DNA of 55,689 nt, filler included, from Jimgerdemannia flammicorona (GCA_003990765.1; 3 parts of 3 records of this genome joined end to end with filler, not necessarily neighbours in it), one strand, 5' to 3'; counted from the first letter of the whole stretch, positions 11,638 through 25,100 are shown. Translations and numbers: made by a program. The notes: generated by a model from the sequence alone, not told the origin.

Positions 11638-12318
11638 ACCCATAAATAGCCTAGCAGTCATAGTATAGTTAGATTAGCCTTGTATGACATGACTGTGAAC
11701 TAACTCAGCAGTCAGATGATCTCTTGATATATCAGATCACACTTGTACTATGTGACTATATTCCGACTCAGCAAAGTACTTAGTGCTACATCCATATTTA
11801 GCATAGTCCAGATAGCCCCTTACTAGTATAAATACCCCCTCCCCCAGACCTCAGAATCTCAGACTCAAACACACAAGAACATTCCTGAATACTTCTCCAC
11901 AATATCCCTTCATACAAATACTCCTAGTATAGCAATATCATGAATAGCAAATAAACCTATTCCATAACCCACAAACTACTCTTAAGTAAATCCACCCCCT
12001 GTTAGGTCCCACTCCTAACCCCATCACGAAATTTCCTAATTGGGTATTGTCTGCAGTGATACACCAATTCAACTAAGCTGGTCTTAGTTTCTTGAACTTC
12101 CTGAAATACAGAAAATCCTGAACATCTAGAACTAGTCTGAAAAAGGACTTTGGTTGAGATATCAACCCAATCTTGAAATCAATAAGCGTAGAGGACATAC
12201 TCCATATGAAATTGATCTTGACTATAAGAAAATGGTCTTCCAGAATATCCTGAACCTCCAGAAAACCCTTCCAGAACTATGTAACGATTACCCTAAAAAG
12301 CAACCCTCTTACATTATC

Positions 12319-12728
12319 AATCGAGATGGAACACACACAGACCCCCTCAAAATACAAGTGGTAGCAGCATACCTAAGGCCCACTACTGTCACAGAAGCCC
12401 AAGCCTTCATGGGACTTGCCTCCTACTATCACAGATTCATTAGAGGATTCTCCAACATCGCAGGTCCAATCTATGAACTCAATAAGAAGGATACCAAGTT
12501 CCAGTGGACTGGCAGACAACAAAAAGCATTTGATGAACTCAAGATCAGACTAACTCAGGCACCCATCCTCAGACAACCCAATTGGACCCAAGAATTTATC
12601 CTTCAGATGGATGCAAGCACACAAGGACTAGGAGCAGTCCTAGCTCAAAAAGAAGACAAAAAAGAGTATGTCATTGCATATCTTAGCCGCGGAACCCGAG
12701 GGGCTGAAAAAGAATATGAGTCCATATG
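12319..12728 (+). pseudogene. pol: Gypsy element A pol, continuation (RT connection and RNase H start)
   Basis: AFMGLASYYHRFIRGFSNIAGP, QQKAFDELK, FILQMDASTQGLGAVLAQ, VIAYLSR; cut by the LINE at ~12729. Confidence 0.92.
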
Positions 12729-12808
12729 ACCTCTCTCTATTACAATTCATGTTACACACACTTTACAACACACTTTCAAATTGTTTATTGGAGAAAGATA
12801 TTAAGGAG

Positions 12809-14837
12809 ATGTCAATCAGAAAGTGAGCTGATGCATGTCCTAGGTTAGGTGGACCTGGGGCCTTCGACTGGCAGTATGTTGGGAGAGGGTATGGACTGGG
12901 AATGAGGTCTTTCGGTGGATCGAGTGGACTGGACAGCTCGGGGGGTAGAGGAGGCACTGGTGGGGGGGCTGGAGGGTAGCAGGGAGGGAGCTTTGTGGAT
13001 ACACTTAAGGCTGGGGGTTGGCCGAGGGGTGCCCGCAATAGACAGGCAGGAGGAAAGGGGAAGCAGAAGGTTGGCGATGCTGGGGGAGCTGGGTCTTCAC
13101 TGGTGGGAGGTGGAGGGAGTAGAGTAGTGGCTGGGGGTAGTGGCAGGACTGCTGATGGTGGTGTGATGGTGAATCTGGAAAAAAAAAGAGATGTGATGGC
13201 TGATGGCCAGGGGGGACAGGGGCTCCCAATGTGGAAGGGGGATCTGGCTGATGGTGTAATGGGACTGGCAGTGGCCCCATTGCTCAAGAAGTCAATCTTG
13301 GAGTTCACGGCTATCTTGTGCTTCCGGGGCTTAGTGGTGATAGTGAGGATGGTCCTGGGGCTTATCTCGAGGCAGGTGGCTGGTGCGGTCTCAGTGAAGT
13401 TCTTGAAGGGCATGGAGGGGGTCGAGGTGGGCTTTGAGGAGGCAGGCCTACTGGATGAGACCATGAAGACAGGAGTGGTGGTTGGGGAGGTGGTGGTCCC
13501 CATGGTAAGGTGCTTGAGGTGGGACCCCAGGGTGGTACAGCTTCTGGTGAGGGGGGTGCTCATGGTGACTAAGGAGGAGACTAGGAGGAGGGTGGAGGAG
13601 GTGATAGTAGAGTATGGCGATGTAGTGGACATTGGATTTCAGTTGTAGGAGGGGACAACTATCAGGATGGGCGACATTGATGTCAGGATTCGGTTGGCAG
13701 GGAAGGAGGCCATCGGGAAGACAAGTGACTGGCCCTTGGTGCTGATGTGGGGGGCTGTCATCTGCAAGGTGTCGAGGGTGAAGGGGAGTGAAGAAGAGGA
13801 GGAGGACTTGTTGGAGGCACTGGAGGAGTTGGGTAGTGCTGTGGAGAGGAGGGCGAAGGCCTGGAAACTATATGAGAAATTGACGCATCTGGAGGTTGTC
13901 GGAGAGAGGCATATCTGTATAGATAAGAAGCAGTGGGAGTGGATCCAGGGACGCAAGAGGCAGAAGGAGCTATTGTATGATAGGTGGGGAGAAGGAGAAG
14001 TTGGGTGAGGCTGAGGAGTCTGGAGGCACTGAGGCCAGTGTCTGGGCTGGTAAAGGAGGAGAGGAGGTCAAAGCGAAGGAGGCGGGAGCTGGGAAGGGGC
14101 TGGATAAGGACCCATTTGCTGATGGTACCTTTGAAGTGTGGGAGCCGGAGTTGGATGCCACCCCCCCCCCACTTATCAGGAGGGGCCCAGTGGGGAAGAG
14201 AGGGAGGATGGAGGATACACGGATACAGGGGGCCCAGCAGGTACGCTTTGGGGTCCCTGATGTGGCTCAAGGGGGTCAGGTGGTGGCAGTTGGCGAGGAT
14301 GAGCTGGTGGATGTCCCTGAGGAGGAGTGGGATGAGGCTGCTAGTGTAGGAGCTGACACCATGATGTTGGATGCAGGGCGACCGGGGACTCCAGGAGGGA
14401 AGGAGGTGGGGAACTTGTTGTGGGTATGCAAGGTGATGGATAACCTTGCAGCAGAAGCATTGGGAGAGGTTGACCTGCGGGCAATGCCTGAGGAGCATTG
14501 GGCAAGGATCCTGCATGGGGATGGAATGGTAGAGGCACTGAAGGTGGAGATTCTGGTGATTTTACTGGAGGAGGAGGGATATGAGGTTGACGAGGTGAGG
14601 AAGGTAGAGCTGGGGGTGGTCACTGCTGAGCAGGCAGACTACTGTTGGGCAGAGCGTCAGGGTCTGCAGCTCTGGCAGGAGGCCTGTCTGGAGTATCGCG
14701 AGGATTTTGAGGAGCATGAGGATGGGGCAATGGTAGAACTTCTGAGAGAGTTAGAGGCATGGGAAGCTGGGGAGAGGGAACTGGCTGCTGAACTTAACTT
14801 GGACTTGGTGCTGGAGAGGCAGGATACCAACTTATAG
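12809..14837 (+). pseudogene. LINE ORF1 (Gly-rich N-terminus, acidic C-terminus), stops and one frameshift
   Basis: ATG 12809 in frame with 12995-13648 and 13667-14008, shifting to 13977-14837; aligns with 22361-24388. Confidence 0.8.
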
Positions 14838-14869
14838 AGGATGGGCTCTGATATATATCATTATTCTTT

Positions 14870-17800
14870 ATAAACAGTACAATCAACTTTTTTTCCTTAA
14901 ATGTGAATGGGCTAAGGGGATCTGGGTGGCGTAGGAACATTTTTACTTAGCTCAAGGGATTAGAGGCTGATCTCTTTTTATTGCAGGATGTTTGATGTGA
15001 GAATGAGGATGATCAGGCAGAGTGGACTAGAGAGTGGGGGGGGGCTGCTGCTTGGTTTGGGAAGATAGCAATTCTGGTGATGAAGGGCAGAGGAGACTTG
15101 GGGGGAATCAGGAGCTGGGGCGATCGCTTGGTCTGGGGAGATTGGCATCGGCCAGGGTGGGAATCAGTGAAGGTGGGCTCTTGCTACTGCCCTGCAGTTA
15201 GGGGTGAGAGGATTGCATGGATTAGGAGATTGCTGGAGGAGGGTATTCTCTTAGAGGAAGGGGTCGATGTTCTCAGTGATGGTTTGGGACCAGCGTCTGG
15301 ACAGAACTGATAGAGGGAGGAGTGCTGGGGGTAGAAGTGGAGGTCTGGATGCATGGGAGGAGGTGGAGATATTGAGCTTCTTGGGGGATATGAGCAGAAT
15401 GAGATAGGGTGACACTAGGGTTTACATGCATTGGGTGAATGGTCTGGGCACAAGGATTGACTGGATTCTGATGGCGGAGTGCTGGGGTTCAGATGTTTGG
15501 AAGGCATTGGAAGTAGAGTAGTGCCCATGGTCTGATCACTGGGGACTGTTGGGGTAGGGGCAGTTTGGGGGGAGTGAAGATGGACCCAGACATTGGTGCC
15601 TTAACTCCTCCCTGCTGGCTGAGAAGGGGCTGTGGGAGCTGTGGGTGGAGGACATTCAGGTAAAAGTTTTTATCTGAAAGCATGAGGGTTTGCCTGTGGC
15701 TGTCCGCTGGATGAGGTTGAAAGAGGCTGCAAGAGTTTATTGGGGAGAGGCTGGTAGAGAGGCTGGGAGGCAGAGAAGGAGGCACACGAGGTGTGCTTCC
15801 AGCAGGCTGAGGAGACTACAAATAGATTGGGTGGATTTGCTCACTATTGTAGGGGTGGAGGATTGGAGGATAGAAAGGGCGAAATTGGAGATAGTGGAAC
15901 TACAACAGGTGCTAAGAGAAAAGGAGGAGACCTATATGTGGGGCATAGCTGCTAGGCTGCGGTGGCAGGGGCTTGAGGAGGGTGAGCAGCCTACTAGGTA
16001 CTTATTGAGGCTTCTCAAAGCTAGAAGAGTGCATCATCGGTGGGATGGGGTCCTGGATGCTGATGGGGTCATGGTTCATGGCACACAACAAATCCTGGGG
16101 GTCTTAAAGGAGAGATGGCAGGGTTTGTGGAGTGAGGGAGAAGGGGGTGCAGATGAGGTAGAGATTGTAAATACACTTGATGAGTGGGGACCACCGCAGG
16201 TTACTGGACTGAGGGATTTGATCTTACCGGTGCAGAGGGAGGAGATCCAGAGTGTCCTGGCAGTAACTAAGCTTGGGATAGTGCCAGGGGAGGATGGATT
16301 GCCTTGGGACTTCTGGAAGAAGATAGTAAATGTCCCCAGAGTATTGGGCAAGATGGCCGATCTTTGTGACCATATCCTTCGGAGTGGTGAGTGGGTTGGA
16401 GAGCAGGATCTGGAGCTGGTGGTCTTACTGTACAAAGACAAGGGAAGGAGGGAAGACTGGAAGAACTGGAGGCTGATCATGCTTCTGGATATGGACAGGA
16501 AGATGGTGACTAAGGTGATTGTCGCAAGGCTGCAGAAGGTTGCCCAACAGGTACTGGGGGAAGAGTAGAGGGGCTTTGTTGGGGGCAGGCTAATAAGAGA
16601 TGGGACTGCATGGGTTCATGGTGTCATTGAAGGGGCCTGGGCCTGTGGACTGGATGGAAGGTTGGTCTTTCTGGACCAGGAGAAGGCCTATGACTGTGTA
16701 TGGCAGGTGTGGCTGGGAAAGGTATTGGACCGAATTGGTGTTCCCCCAACATTTAGGGCCTCTATGTTGAGTCTGCTGGAAAGTAGTTGGGTAGCTCTGA
16801 CGTGTAATGGTCACCATGGGAGGGCATTTCTCTTGGGAAGAGGAGTACCTCAGGGGGACCCTCTATCCCCAATTCTCTATGCCCTGTCACTGGAGCCATT
16901 GATAGATAGGATTCGCCAGAAGGTAGCAGGGCTCTCTATATATGGTATAGTGTAGAAGGTGGGGGCCTTTACTGATGATATGGTGGTTGGACTTGGGTCT
17001 GTGGCGGATGTAGTGGCACTTCAGGAGACTGTGGAATAGTATGAGGCTCACTCAGGGGCGAAACTCAACTGGCATAAGTGTGAGACAATGGTGCTAGGGA
17101 ATGGGCTAGTGGGTGGGGACGTCATTGGAACAATTGTCCCTACTGGTGAGGTGGTGTGGTATCCTGGCATCTTCCTCTCTGTATATGGTTCTGTCTTGCC
17201 ACGAGTGTGGTGGGAGGGCAGGGTGAATAGTTGGGGGGAGGCCCTTCGAGGTTGGAGAGGCCACCATATCTCTCTAGCAGGGTAGGTATCGATCCTGAAT
17301 ATATATTGGTTCCCAAAGCTGTGGTATGTGGCATATCACCTCGACTTCCTAGTATGGGTGGTGAAGAAGCTGATGAAGGTGGCTAGGGATTGGATTTGGG
17401 CGGGGAGGAGGTCTCAGATCAGTTGGAATACCCTTGCGAGACTGGTAGTCAAGGGAGGTCTTGGCCTGGTGGATTTCCCTAAGAGGCTGTACTGCTTGAG
17501 AGTCTGGTGGTTGAAGAGAGCTGTGGAATTGCAGGGCGGAGGTTGGGTGCCTCTGCTGCAGAAGGTATGGGAGATGCAAACATCCCCCTGAGGGTCCTCT
17601 GGAAATCTGCTCTCTTTGGTGGGGCTGAATGGAGTTCGGAGGCTGCAGTTTAAGGGCTTTTGGTGGGGAGTGGCCAATAGAGCACACTGAATTGACCTGC
17701 GATGACAAGGTAATGAGGGGGAGGCGGCGTGGGGGCCTAATATGTGGTGTTGGGATATACTGCTCCTGGGGGGTACTCCACTGGCTGCGTTCGATATTGG

Positions 17801-18490
17801 GGAGGGAGTGGAGTATCAGCAGGGGCTTGGCCAGGACCTTTGGCCAAGTAGCTGGCAGGCAGTTGGAATTGGAGAGGAGTGGGACTGGGCAGGCATCTGG
17901 TCTTGGAGTGCTGAGGTATGGCAGTGGCTTCCTCCCAAGTTCTGGGTGGTATGGTGGCGAATGTTGTGGAGGAATATCATGCTGAATTTCTGCTCAGGGC
18001 ATTTAGTAGAGGGTGGACAATTTGACTGCGAGGAGTGTTACAATGTTGGGCAGACTGGGGGTCATGTACAGACACCGGAACATTGGCTGGGAGAGGTTGA
18101 GGTCTTGGGGGAATTTTGGGCTGAGATTGGGGATAGACTGGGTGTGGGGCGTCGGCAGATGGGGGAGGGAGGTCACTGGGAGGACTTAAGATCTTGGCTT
18201 GTAGATAGGGTGGGAGATAGTTGGCTCACTGTAGGATGGGTGTTAGCAGTATAGGTAGGACTGGCGGGCCACTGGCTTTTTGTATTTAAGGAGGGGTAGT
18301 GGTTGGGGCTGCATGAGAAGGTGTTAAGATGGGAGGAGCTGGTGGGAGATCTACTTACCAGATAGTGGGTGGGTTGGGGTCCTCAGGGAGGACAACGTCG
18401 CGGTTTGATGATGAGGATCTGTGAGCAGAGTAGTGGGAGGGTGGGGATAGTGTTCGACAAAGTGGTCTTTCACAGAGAAGGGGTAGGGGG
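14870..18490 (+). pseudogene. LINE ORF2: AP endonuclease, reverse transcriptase, C-terminal Cys motif
   Basis: FSLNVNGLR, LLQDV, GTRIDWI, WSDH (APE); PGEDGLPWDFW, NWRLIMLLDMDRK, FLDQEKAYD, GVPQGDPLSP, AFTDD (RT); CEEC..TPEH. Start codon decayed to ATA. Confidence 0.92.
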
Positions 18491-18500
18491 GGGGGGCCCC

Positions 18501-18600
18501 NNNNNNNNNNNNNNNNNNNNNNNNNNNNNNNNNNNNNNNNNNNNTTAATTAATTAANNNNNNNNNNNNNNNNNNNNNNNNNNNNNNNNNNNNNNNNNNNN
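18501..18600. other. Artificial contig linker (44 N, TTAATTAATTAA, 44 N)
   Basis: Exactly 100 bp, six-frame stop spacer, identical to 37099-37198. Confidence 0.97.
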
Positions 18601-18670
18601 TTTTTTTTATAGTCCCTTGGACTCCATCTTTATTACCAATCTATGAATAAGTATACAATAACACCACTCT

Positions 18671-21600
18671 CTACCCTATCCCCATCAAGGGACTCCTCTC
18701 CACCTCTTCATGTGTAAAGACCACCCTCTCACTAACAACTCCAACTCTCCCACCACTCTGACCACAGATTTTCACCACCAAGTGGCACCTCCAACCCCCC
18801 TGCAGCCCCCAACCAAGCCACCAGCCCATCAAGGTATCCTCTATAAGGCACTGCCACCATGATAACCAGCTCCCCAAGCTCTGTCGCCTCTCCTCCTTAA
18901 ATACAAATAGCCAGTGACTGGCCAGCCCAACCCAAATAGCCAACATCCAGCCAAGAGTAATCCACTTCTCCCCTACCCCTCCTATCAATCGATCCCTCAG
19001 ATCCTCCCACCTCCCCCATACATCATCACCCCTACGCCTTACCCCCAAGCGGTCCCCAATAGCCTGCCAAAAGTCACCCAATACCTCATACTCCTCAAGC
19101 CAATGTTCTGGTGTCTGTACAAATTTCCCTTCCTGCCCTACATTATGGCACTCCTCACAGTCAAAGCAGCCCCCTATAACAAGGTGTCCTGAGCAGAAGT
19201 TAAGCATCACATTCCTCCTCAGCACATGCCACCAGACTACCCAGTACTTCGGCGGCATCCAATTTTTCACTGTGGCACTCCAGGTCCAAACCCCCTGCCA
19301 GTCCCACTCCTCACCAATTCTAACTCCTTGCCAACCACTAGGCCACAGATCCTGGCCTGGTCCCCTTTGGCATTCGATTCCATCACCAATGTCGAACTCC
19401 AGTAAAGGTATGCCCCCCAGAAGAATACCATCCCATCTCCACATTGCTGGGCCCCAAGTCCTCTCCCCCTCATCCCCTTGCCAGCAAATACCAATGTGGT
19501 GTGCCCCCTCAGCTATCCCCCACCAGAAGTCTTTATATTGCAGTTGCCCAGTGTTCTGAAGCCCAACTAATAAAAGAAGATCACCAGTCAAGCCTCTTGG
19601 TAATGTCTGCCTCTCCCATATCTTCTGCAGTAGGGGAATCCAGCCCCCTCCATGCAACTCCACTGCCCTCCTAAGCCACCATGCCCTCAAGCAGTGTAGT
19701 CTTTTGGGGAAGTCCACCAGCCCAAGACCACCTCTCACCACCAGTAGGAACAGCATCTCCCAACCAATCTGACTCTGTCTGCCAGCCCAAATCCATCCCT
19801 TGGCCACCTTCACCAATCACTTCACCACCCAGGCTGGGAAGTCCAGATGATAAGCCAAATACCACAGTTTTGGCAGCCAGTATACATTCAAAATTGAGAT
19901 CCTTCCTGCCAGAGAGAAGTGTCTTCCCCCCCAACCCTGCAGGTCCTCCTCCCAAATTCCAATCCTATGCTCCCACCACTGCCTGGGCAGAACAGACCCA
20001 TAGACTGACAAATATATGCCCAAGTACTGCACTGCCTCTCTGGTGGGGACAATTGCTCTAATAACCTCTCCACCCACCAGTCCATTGCCTAGCACCATTG
20101 TTTCGCACTTGTGCCAATTCAGCTTTGCCCCAGAGTTCTCCTCATACCACTCCACTGTCTTCTTGAACTCCTCGACATCTGCAGTAACTCCCAAACCAAC
20201 CACCATGTCATCTGCAAAGGCTCCAACTTTCCAGCCAATTCCATAGATAGAGAGCCCCACAATCCTCCGCTGAATTCAGTCCATTAGAGGCTCCAAGGAA
20301 AGTGCATACAAAATGGGGGACAGTGGGTCCCCCTGGGGCACTCCCCTACCCAGAGGGAATGTAACCCCTCTATGCCCATTGTACATGAGCGCAGCCCTAC
20401 TCCTTTCCAGTAGGCTGACCATCGCCACCCGAAATGGGACCAGAACCCCAATTCTATCCAACACTTTCGCCAGCCAGACTCGCCGCACCCGGTCATAAGC
20501 CTTCTCCTGGTCCAAGAAGACAAGACGCCTATCTAGTCCACAGACTTGCACACTCTCAACAACTCCATGTACCCAGGCCGTGCCATCTCGAATAAGCCAA
20601 CCCCCTATGAAGCCCCTCTACTCAACACCCACAATTTGTTGGGCCACCTTCTGCAGCCTTGTGACCACCACCTTAGTCACCAACTTTCTGTCCATATCTA
20701 GCAACATTATTGGCTGCCAGTTCCTCCAATCCTCTTGCCTTCTCTTGTTCTTATAGAGCAGCATCACCAGCCCAAGATCCTGCTCCCCCACCTATTTCCC
20801 TGACTGCAATATGGAGTCACACAGTGCCGTCAACTCTCCCAATTTGCCCGGGACTCCAACCATTCACTTCCAGAAGTCCCAGGGGAGGCCATCCTCCCCA
20901 GACACTGTACCTGAGGCTGTTGCGGCAAGAACCTGGTGGATCTCGTCCTCCTTTACAGGCATCACCAGATCACCTAATCCTTCAGCTCATAGAGGGTGCC
21001 AATCTTCTAATGTTTGTTCAATGGCCGTGGCATCCACCCCACCCTCCTCCTCACTCCACAATCCACTCCATCATGTCTTCAGTGTTCCAAGGATATCCTG
21101 TATACCATGCACTAGTCTATCATCTGAGTCAAGTATCCCTTCCCACCGCTGCTGTACCCTTCTCACTCGAAGCGTCCTCATAAGAAACTTAGAAGGCCTC
21201 TCCCCTTCCTCCAGCCCCTGCCAATGAAGCCACACCACCAGGCCTTGCACCCTTGACTCCTCCTCTTCCTGCAGCACCTGTTGTAGTTCTCCAACCTCCA
21301 TCTTCACCCTTGTTATTCTTCAATCCTCTTCTCCCTCTACTACTGCCAGATTTGCCCACTCCTCCAGAAGCCTAGCCAATCTAGCAGAAGCCCAATGCAC
21401 TCTCTGCCTTCACTGCCTCCCAGCCACTCTGCCAGCCTCGCTCCAATACATCCTGGCCATCTCTTTCATCCTCCTCCACCGAACCCCAATTATGGCCCCT
21501 TCCTGCCACCAATTCACCACCTTCATCTGAATGTCATTTGCCCACTCCTCCCACTGGGACTCATCATTCAACAAGGAGGAATTCAGGTACCAATGTCCAG

Positions 21601-22327
21601 GCCCATCACCACTTCCCCCAAAACACCTCTGTCCCAAAAGGCCCCAGTGGTCTGATCATGGACACCATTCTACCTCTAGCACCTTCCAAATGTCGTGGCC
21701 CCAGCAGTCGGCTGTTAGAATCCAGTCAATCCTTGTCCCCAGACCTCCAGCCCAATGCGTATATACCCTCCTGTCCCCCCAGTATTCCCTACCAGCATCC
21801 ACCAGCGCTCCTAGCCTTTCGACCTCCTCCCACATCGCCAGCCCCCCACTCCTGCTCTCAGCACCCCATCCTCCATCAGTTCTATCCAGCTGTACATTCC
21901 GAACCATATTGAAATTGCCTCCAAGTATATCCAACCCAGCTTCAGCAAGGATCCCACTCTCTAGGAGCCCTTTTACCCAATCCACACACTCCCCCCGTAT
22001 AGCAGGGCAGTAACAGGAGCCAACTGTAACTGGCTCCCAACCTGCATGAATCCACTCACCCCAGACCAGTCTCTCCCCCCAGCTCCTCACATTCTGTATC
22101 TCCCCTCTACCTTTCTGAACCAGAATTCTGACCTTACTATTCCAAATCGCCGTGCCACCCCATTCCTTAGTCCATTCCATCCTATCAGAATCATCCTCAC
22201 ACCTGACATCCTGCAAGAGGAAGAGATTGGCCTCCAATTCCTTCAACCAAGTAAAAATGTTCCTGCATCTAACTGCACCCCTTAGCCCATTCATGTTCAA
22301 AGAAAAAAGGTTAGTTGTACTGTTCAT
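18671..22327 (-). pseudogene. LINE ORF2 (APE + RT), 1219 codons in one frame with premature stops
   Basis: FSLNMNGLR, LLQDVR, GGNFN, TRIDWI; FLDQEKAYDRV, GVPQGDPLSP, AFADD, YLGI; CEEC..TPEH. Confidence 0.93.
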
Positions 22328-22360
22328 AATGAAATATAGTTTGTTTGCAATCAATCCCTA

Positions 22361-24388
22361 CTATTCCATGCCCATCTCCTCCTGTGTCATGTTCAGATTG
22401 TGTTCAGCCATCACCTCCACCTCTTCAGCCCTCTGAGCCTCCAGTCCAGCCAACAGCTCATTCATCTCCTCATCAGCCTTCTCCTCAAACTCCTCTCTGT
22501 ACTCGATGCAAGCCTCCTGCCAAAGCTGCAACCCATGACGCCTGTTCCAGCAGTACTCAGCCTTCTCCCCAGTGACAACCGCCAACTCTGCCTCCCTCTC
22601 CTTGTCTACCTCATACCCTTCCTCCTCCAGATACACCACGAGAATTTCCGCCTTCAGTGCTATTGCTACTCCTTCCTCCTGCAAAATTCTCACCCAGTAC
22701 TCATCACTCATCCCACACAAGTCCACCTCCCCCAGCTCTTCTGCTGCCAGGTTGTTCATCATCCGGTACATCCAAAGTAGGTTTCCCACCTCCTTCCCAC
22801 CAGGGGTCGCCGGCCTCCCTCCGTCCAGCATCGTGGTGTCAGCTCCAGCACTCGCATCCTCATCCTACACCTCTGGGACATCCACCAGTTCCTCCTCCCC
22901 AGCCACCACTATCTGGTCCCTATCCATTATCTTCGGAACACTGAATTTCACCTGCTGGGTCCCCAGCATCATCATGTCCTCCCCAGATTTGTTCCTGGAA
23001 GCCGGGCCGTGCCTGATAAGAGGGGAAGGGGTGGGGGAGTTCTCCCAGACTTCCTCCCAAACCTCCAAGATGCCATCTGCATATGGGTCATTAATCGTCA
23101 CCTCCTTTGCCTTCCCTGTCTTTGTCCCATCATTCCCACTCCTCTCACCAGTCCAGACACTTGCTCCGGCCCCTTCTGCACCCATCTTCATGCTTGCATC
23201 CTTCTGTGGTCCACCCCCCAGTTTAGCCAGCAGATCCTTCTGCCTTTTCTGCTCCTGAGCCCTTTCCCACTACACCTTGTCTACTTGAATCCTCTTCCCA
23301 TCCACTATCTCCAGGTGTGTTGACTTCTCGAAAGTCTTCCAGGCCTTGGCACACCATTCCACAGCCCCATCCAGCTCCTCCAGCACTTCCAATAAATCCT
23401 CCTCCTCTTCTTTACTTCCTTTCACCCATGTCACCTTACACAAGAATGCACCCCAAACCATCGCCGAAGGCCAGTCCCTCATCTTCCCAGTAGCCTCTTT
23501 TCCAGCCAGCTGAATTCTCACATCCACGTCCCCAGTCCTGAGTGTGGTCCCTTCCCAGACCCTGAATCCAATATCCACCACCTTGCCATACTCTGCCATG
23601 ACATCCTCCACTCTCTTCCTCGTCTCCATCACTGTCACCATGGGGACTCCTTTCACCAGCAGTTGGACCACCCTCGGATCCCATTTCAAACACCTTGCCA
23701 TCAGAACACACACCTCTCTAACCACCAGCCCAACCCTCAGTGCCTCCTCTAGCAGTTTGATCTCCTCAAAACCCACCTCCACCCCCTCCAGTCCCTTCAG
23801 GAACTTCACCGAAGCCGCTCCAGCCACCTGCTTAGTGATGAGCCCCAACACCATTTTCACCATCACTACTAAGCCCCGGAAACACAGTGTAACTGTGAAC
23901 ACTGAGATCGACTTCTTGAGTAACAGAGCCACCACCAGTCCCGTTACACCATCCGCCAGGTCCCCGGACCTCATGCCCTTCCTACTATTCAGCTCACCAT
24001 CAGCAGTCCCATCTAGATTTTTTTCCAGATCACCCATCACACCCCCATCAGTAGTCCTTGCCCCAGCCGCTACCCCCCCAGCTCCACCCCTATGGCCCTC
24101 CAGAGAGGTACCCCCAAGAGGTTGCTGCCTGGTAGCCTTCACTGGTACCTTCCCCCCTTGCAGCCAGCTCTCCAATCCAGCCCCTTGCCGACCCCCCTTC
24201 ACCTTCTCCACAAAGCTCACCCTGCCAGACCCTTGACCTCCAGCTCCACTCCCTCCTTCACCATGGCCTCCCACCAGCAGGCCCCTCATACTTCCCCCCA
24301 AGCCGGGGCCTCTCCCCACTTGCTGCCATTTAAATGCTCCAGGGCCACCCTGCCCAGTACGCATCTCCGGATGCTTGTTGGTCACCAT
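22361..24388 (-). pseudogene. LINE ORF1, 676 codons in one frame with premature stops
   Basis: ORFs 23270-24388, 22865-23191 and 22361-22831 in frame; homologous to 12809-14837. Confidence 0.85.
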
Positions 24389-24468
24389 AATACTAGTAGC
24401 TTTTCTCCAGAAACTGTGTCAAAAGTGTTGCCAAAGATTGTGTAACCTGAATGTTACCGGAGAAAGGT

Positions 24469-25100
24469 GTCCCACCTATGTCATTACCTCCTTCTCTACA
24501 AATCTAATCTCCACTGTCTCCATCAATGGAATAAACTTCATGAACTCCACTCTAGCCACTTCATCCTCCACTAGTCTCAGAACCTTCTTAGCCAACATTG
24601 CCAATCCTAGGAAATTTACCAAAACTACCCATGTTGATACCAACTTGTAAAAGAAGAGCTGCACCACTAGCTCACCTATCCCAGCTGCCAGAGTCACCTT
24701 CTTTTTTATCCTGAAGACATCAGCAGTTACTTCACCAGTTACAGCTGTGCCACCAGTAGTCCTCTCCCTAGCCACCAGCTTAGCCCCAGAAGAACCAGTC
24801 CCCAACATCACACCACCAGACCCCTGTCCCCTGCTGGACATCTGACCTGTCACCTGACCCATCACCTGACCCCTCTCTCTGTCAATACTATGCCCCCTCT
24901 GCCCCACCCCCAAAGGCCTGACTATAGCCCTCTTATTCCCCACCACAGTATGTCAGGCCTTGATTCCACTAGACCTCCCCTGACCACCAGTCCCTCTAGT
25001 AGCCACACCAGCTCCTACAGTAGCTGCAAAGTTCTTGGGAAGACTCAGACCAGGCCTTCTCCTCTCCAGATACTTAGAGCTAGAGAAATCTTGACTAGTT
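24469..25100 (-). pseudogene. 5' fragment of ORF1 from a third, more divergent LINE into which copy 2 appears to have inserted
   Basis: LAAGIGELVVQLFFYKLVSTWVVLVNFLGL..VEFMKF..VEIRF aligns with LADGVTGLVVALLLKKSISVFTVTLCFRGL..VKF..VEVGF; upstream boundary approximate. Confidence 0.65.

Larger units (their letters stand above)
1195..12313 (+). mobile_element. Solo LTR of Gypsy family B (1195-1246 plus ~10329-12313, ~2.03 kb when rejoined), split by the Penelope-like insertion
   Basis: TGTAAG...CTTACA termini, 5-bp target duplication TTATC (1190-1194, 12314-12318), colinear with the intact LTR at 29746-31776; removing it restores host RT YLGHII|NRDGTHTDP. Confidence 0.93.
12729..18500 (+). mobile_element. 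L1/Tx1-like non-LTR retrotransposon, copy 1 (5'-complete, decayed, 3' end lost at contig end)
   Basis: ~80-nt 5' UTR similar to that of the minus-strand LINE, ORF1, then APE-RT ORF2. Confidence 0.9.
18601..24468 (-). mobile_element. Full-length L1/Tx1-like LINE, copy 2 (related subfamily)
   Basis: 5' UTR 24389-24468, ORF1, ORF2, short 3' UTR with AATAAA (18629-18634, minus) and poly(A) at 18601-18608. Confidence 0.92.

Noticed and set aside
12154..12729. 191-aa ORF as a single gene (likewise 29367-29855 and the end of 634-1242)
   Set aside because: Chimeric readthrough across LTR/pol junctions.
12763..13632. Antisense ORFs in LINE ORF1 (also 23544-24236, 22572-23258) that resemble each other
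   Set aside because: Shadows of a G-rich coding strand; their similarity follows from conservation of the sense protein and their ends do not correspond.
18545..18556. TTAATTAATTAA as a biological motif
   Set aside because: Synthetic six-frame stop linker centred in N runs.
12729..24468. Two LINEs facing tail-to-tail as a composite element
   Set aside because: They meet only across an artificial linker and belong to different subfamilies.
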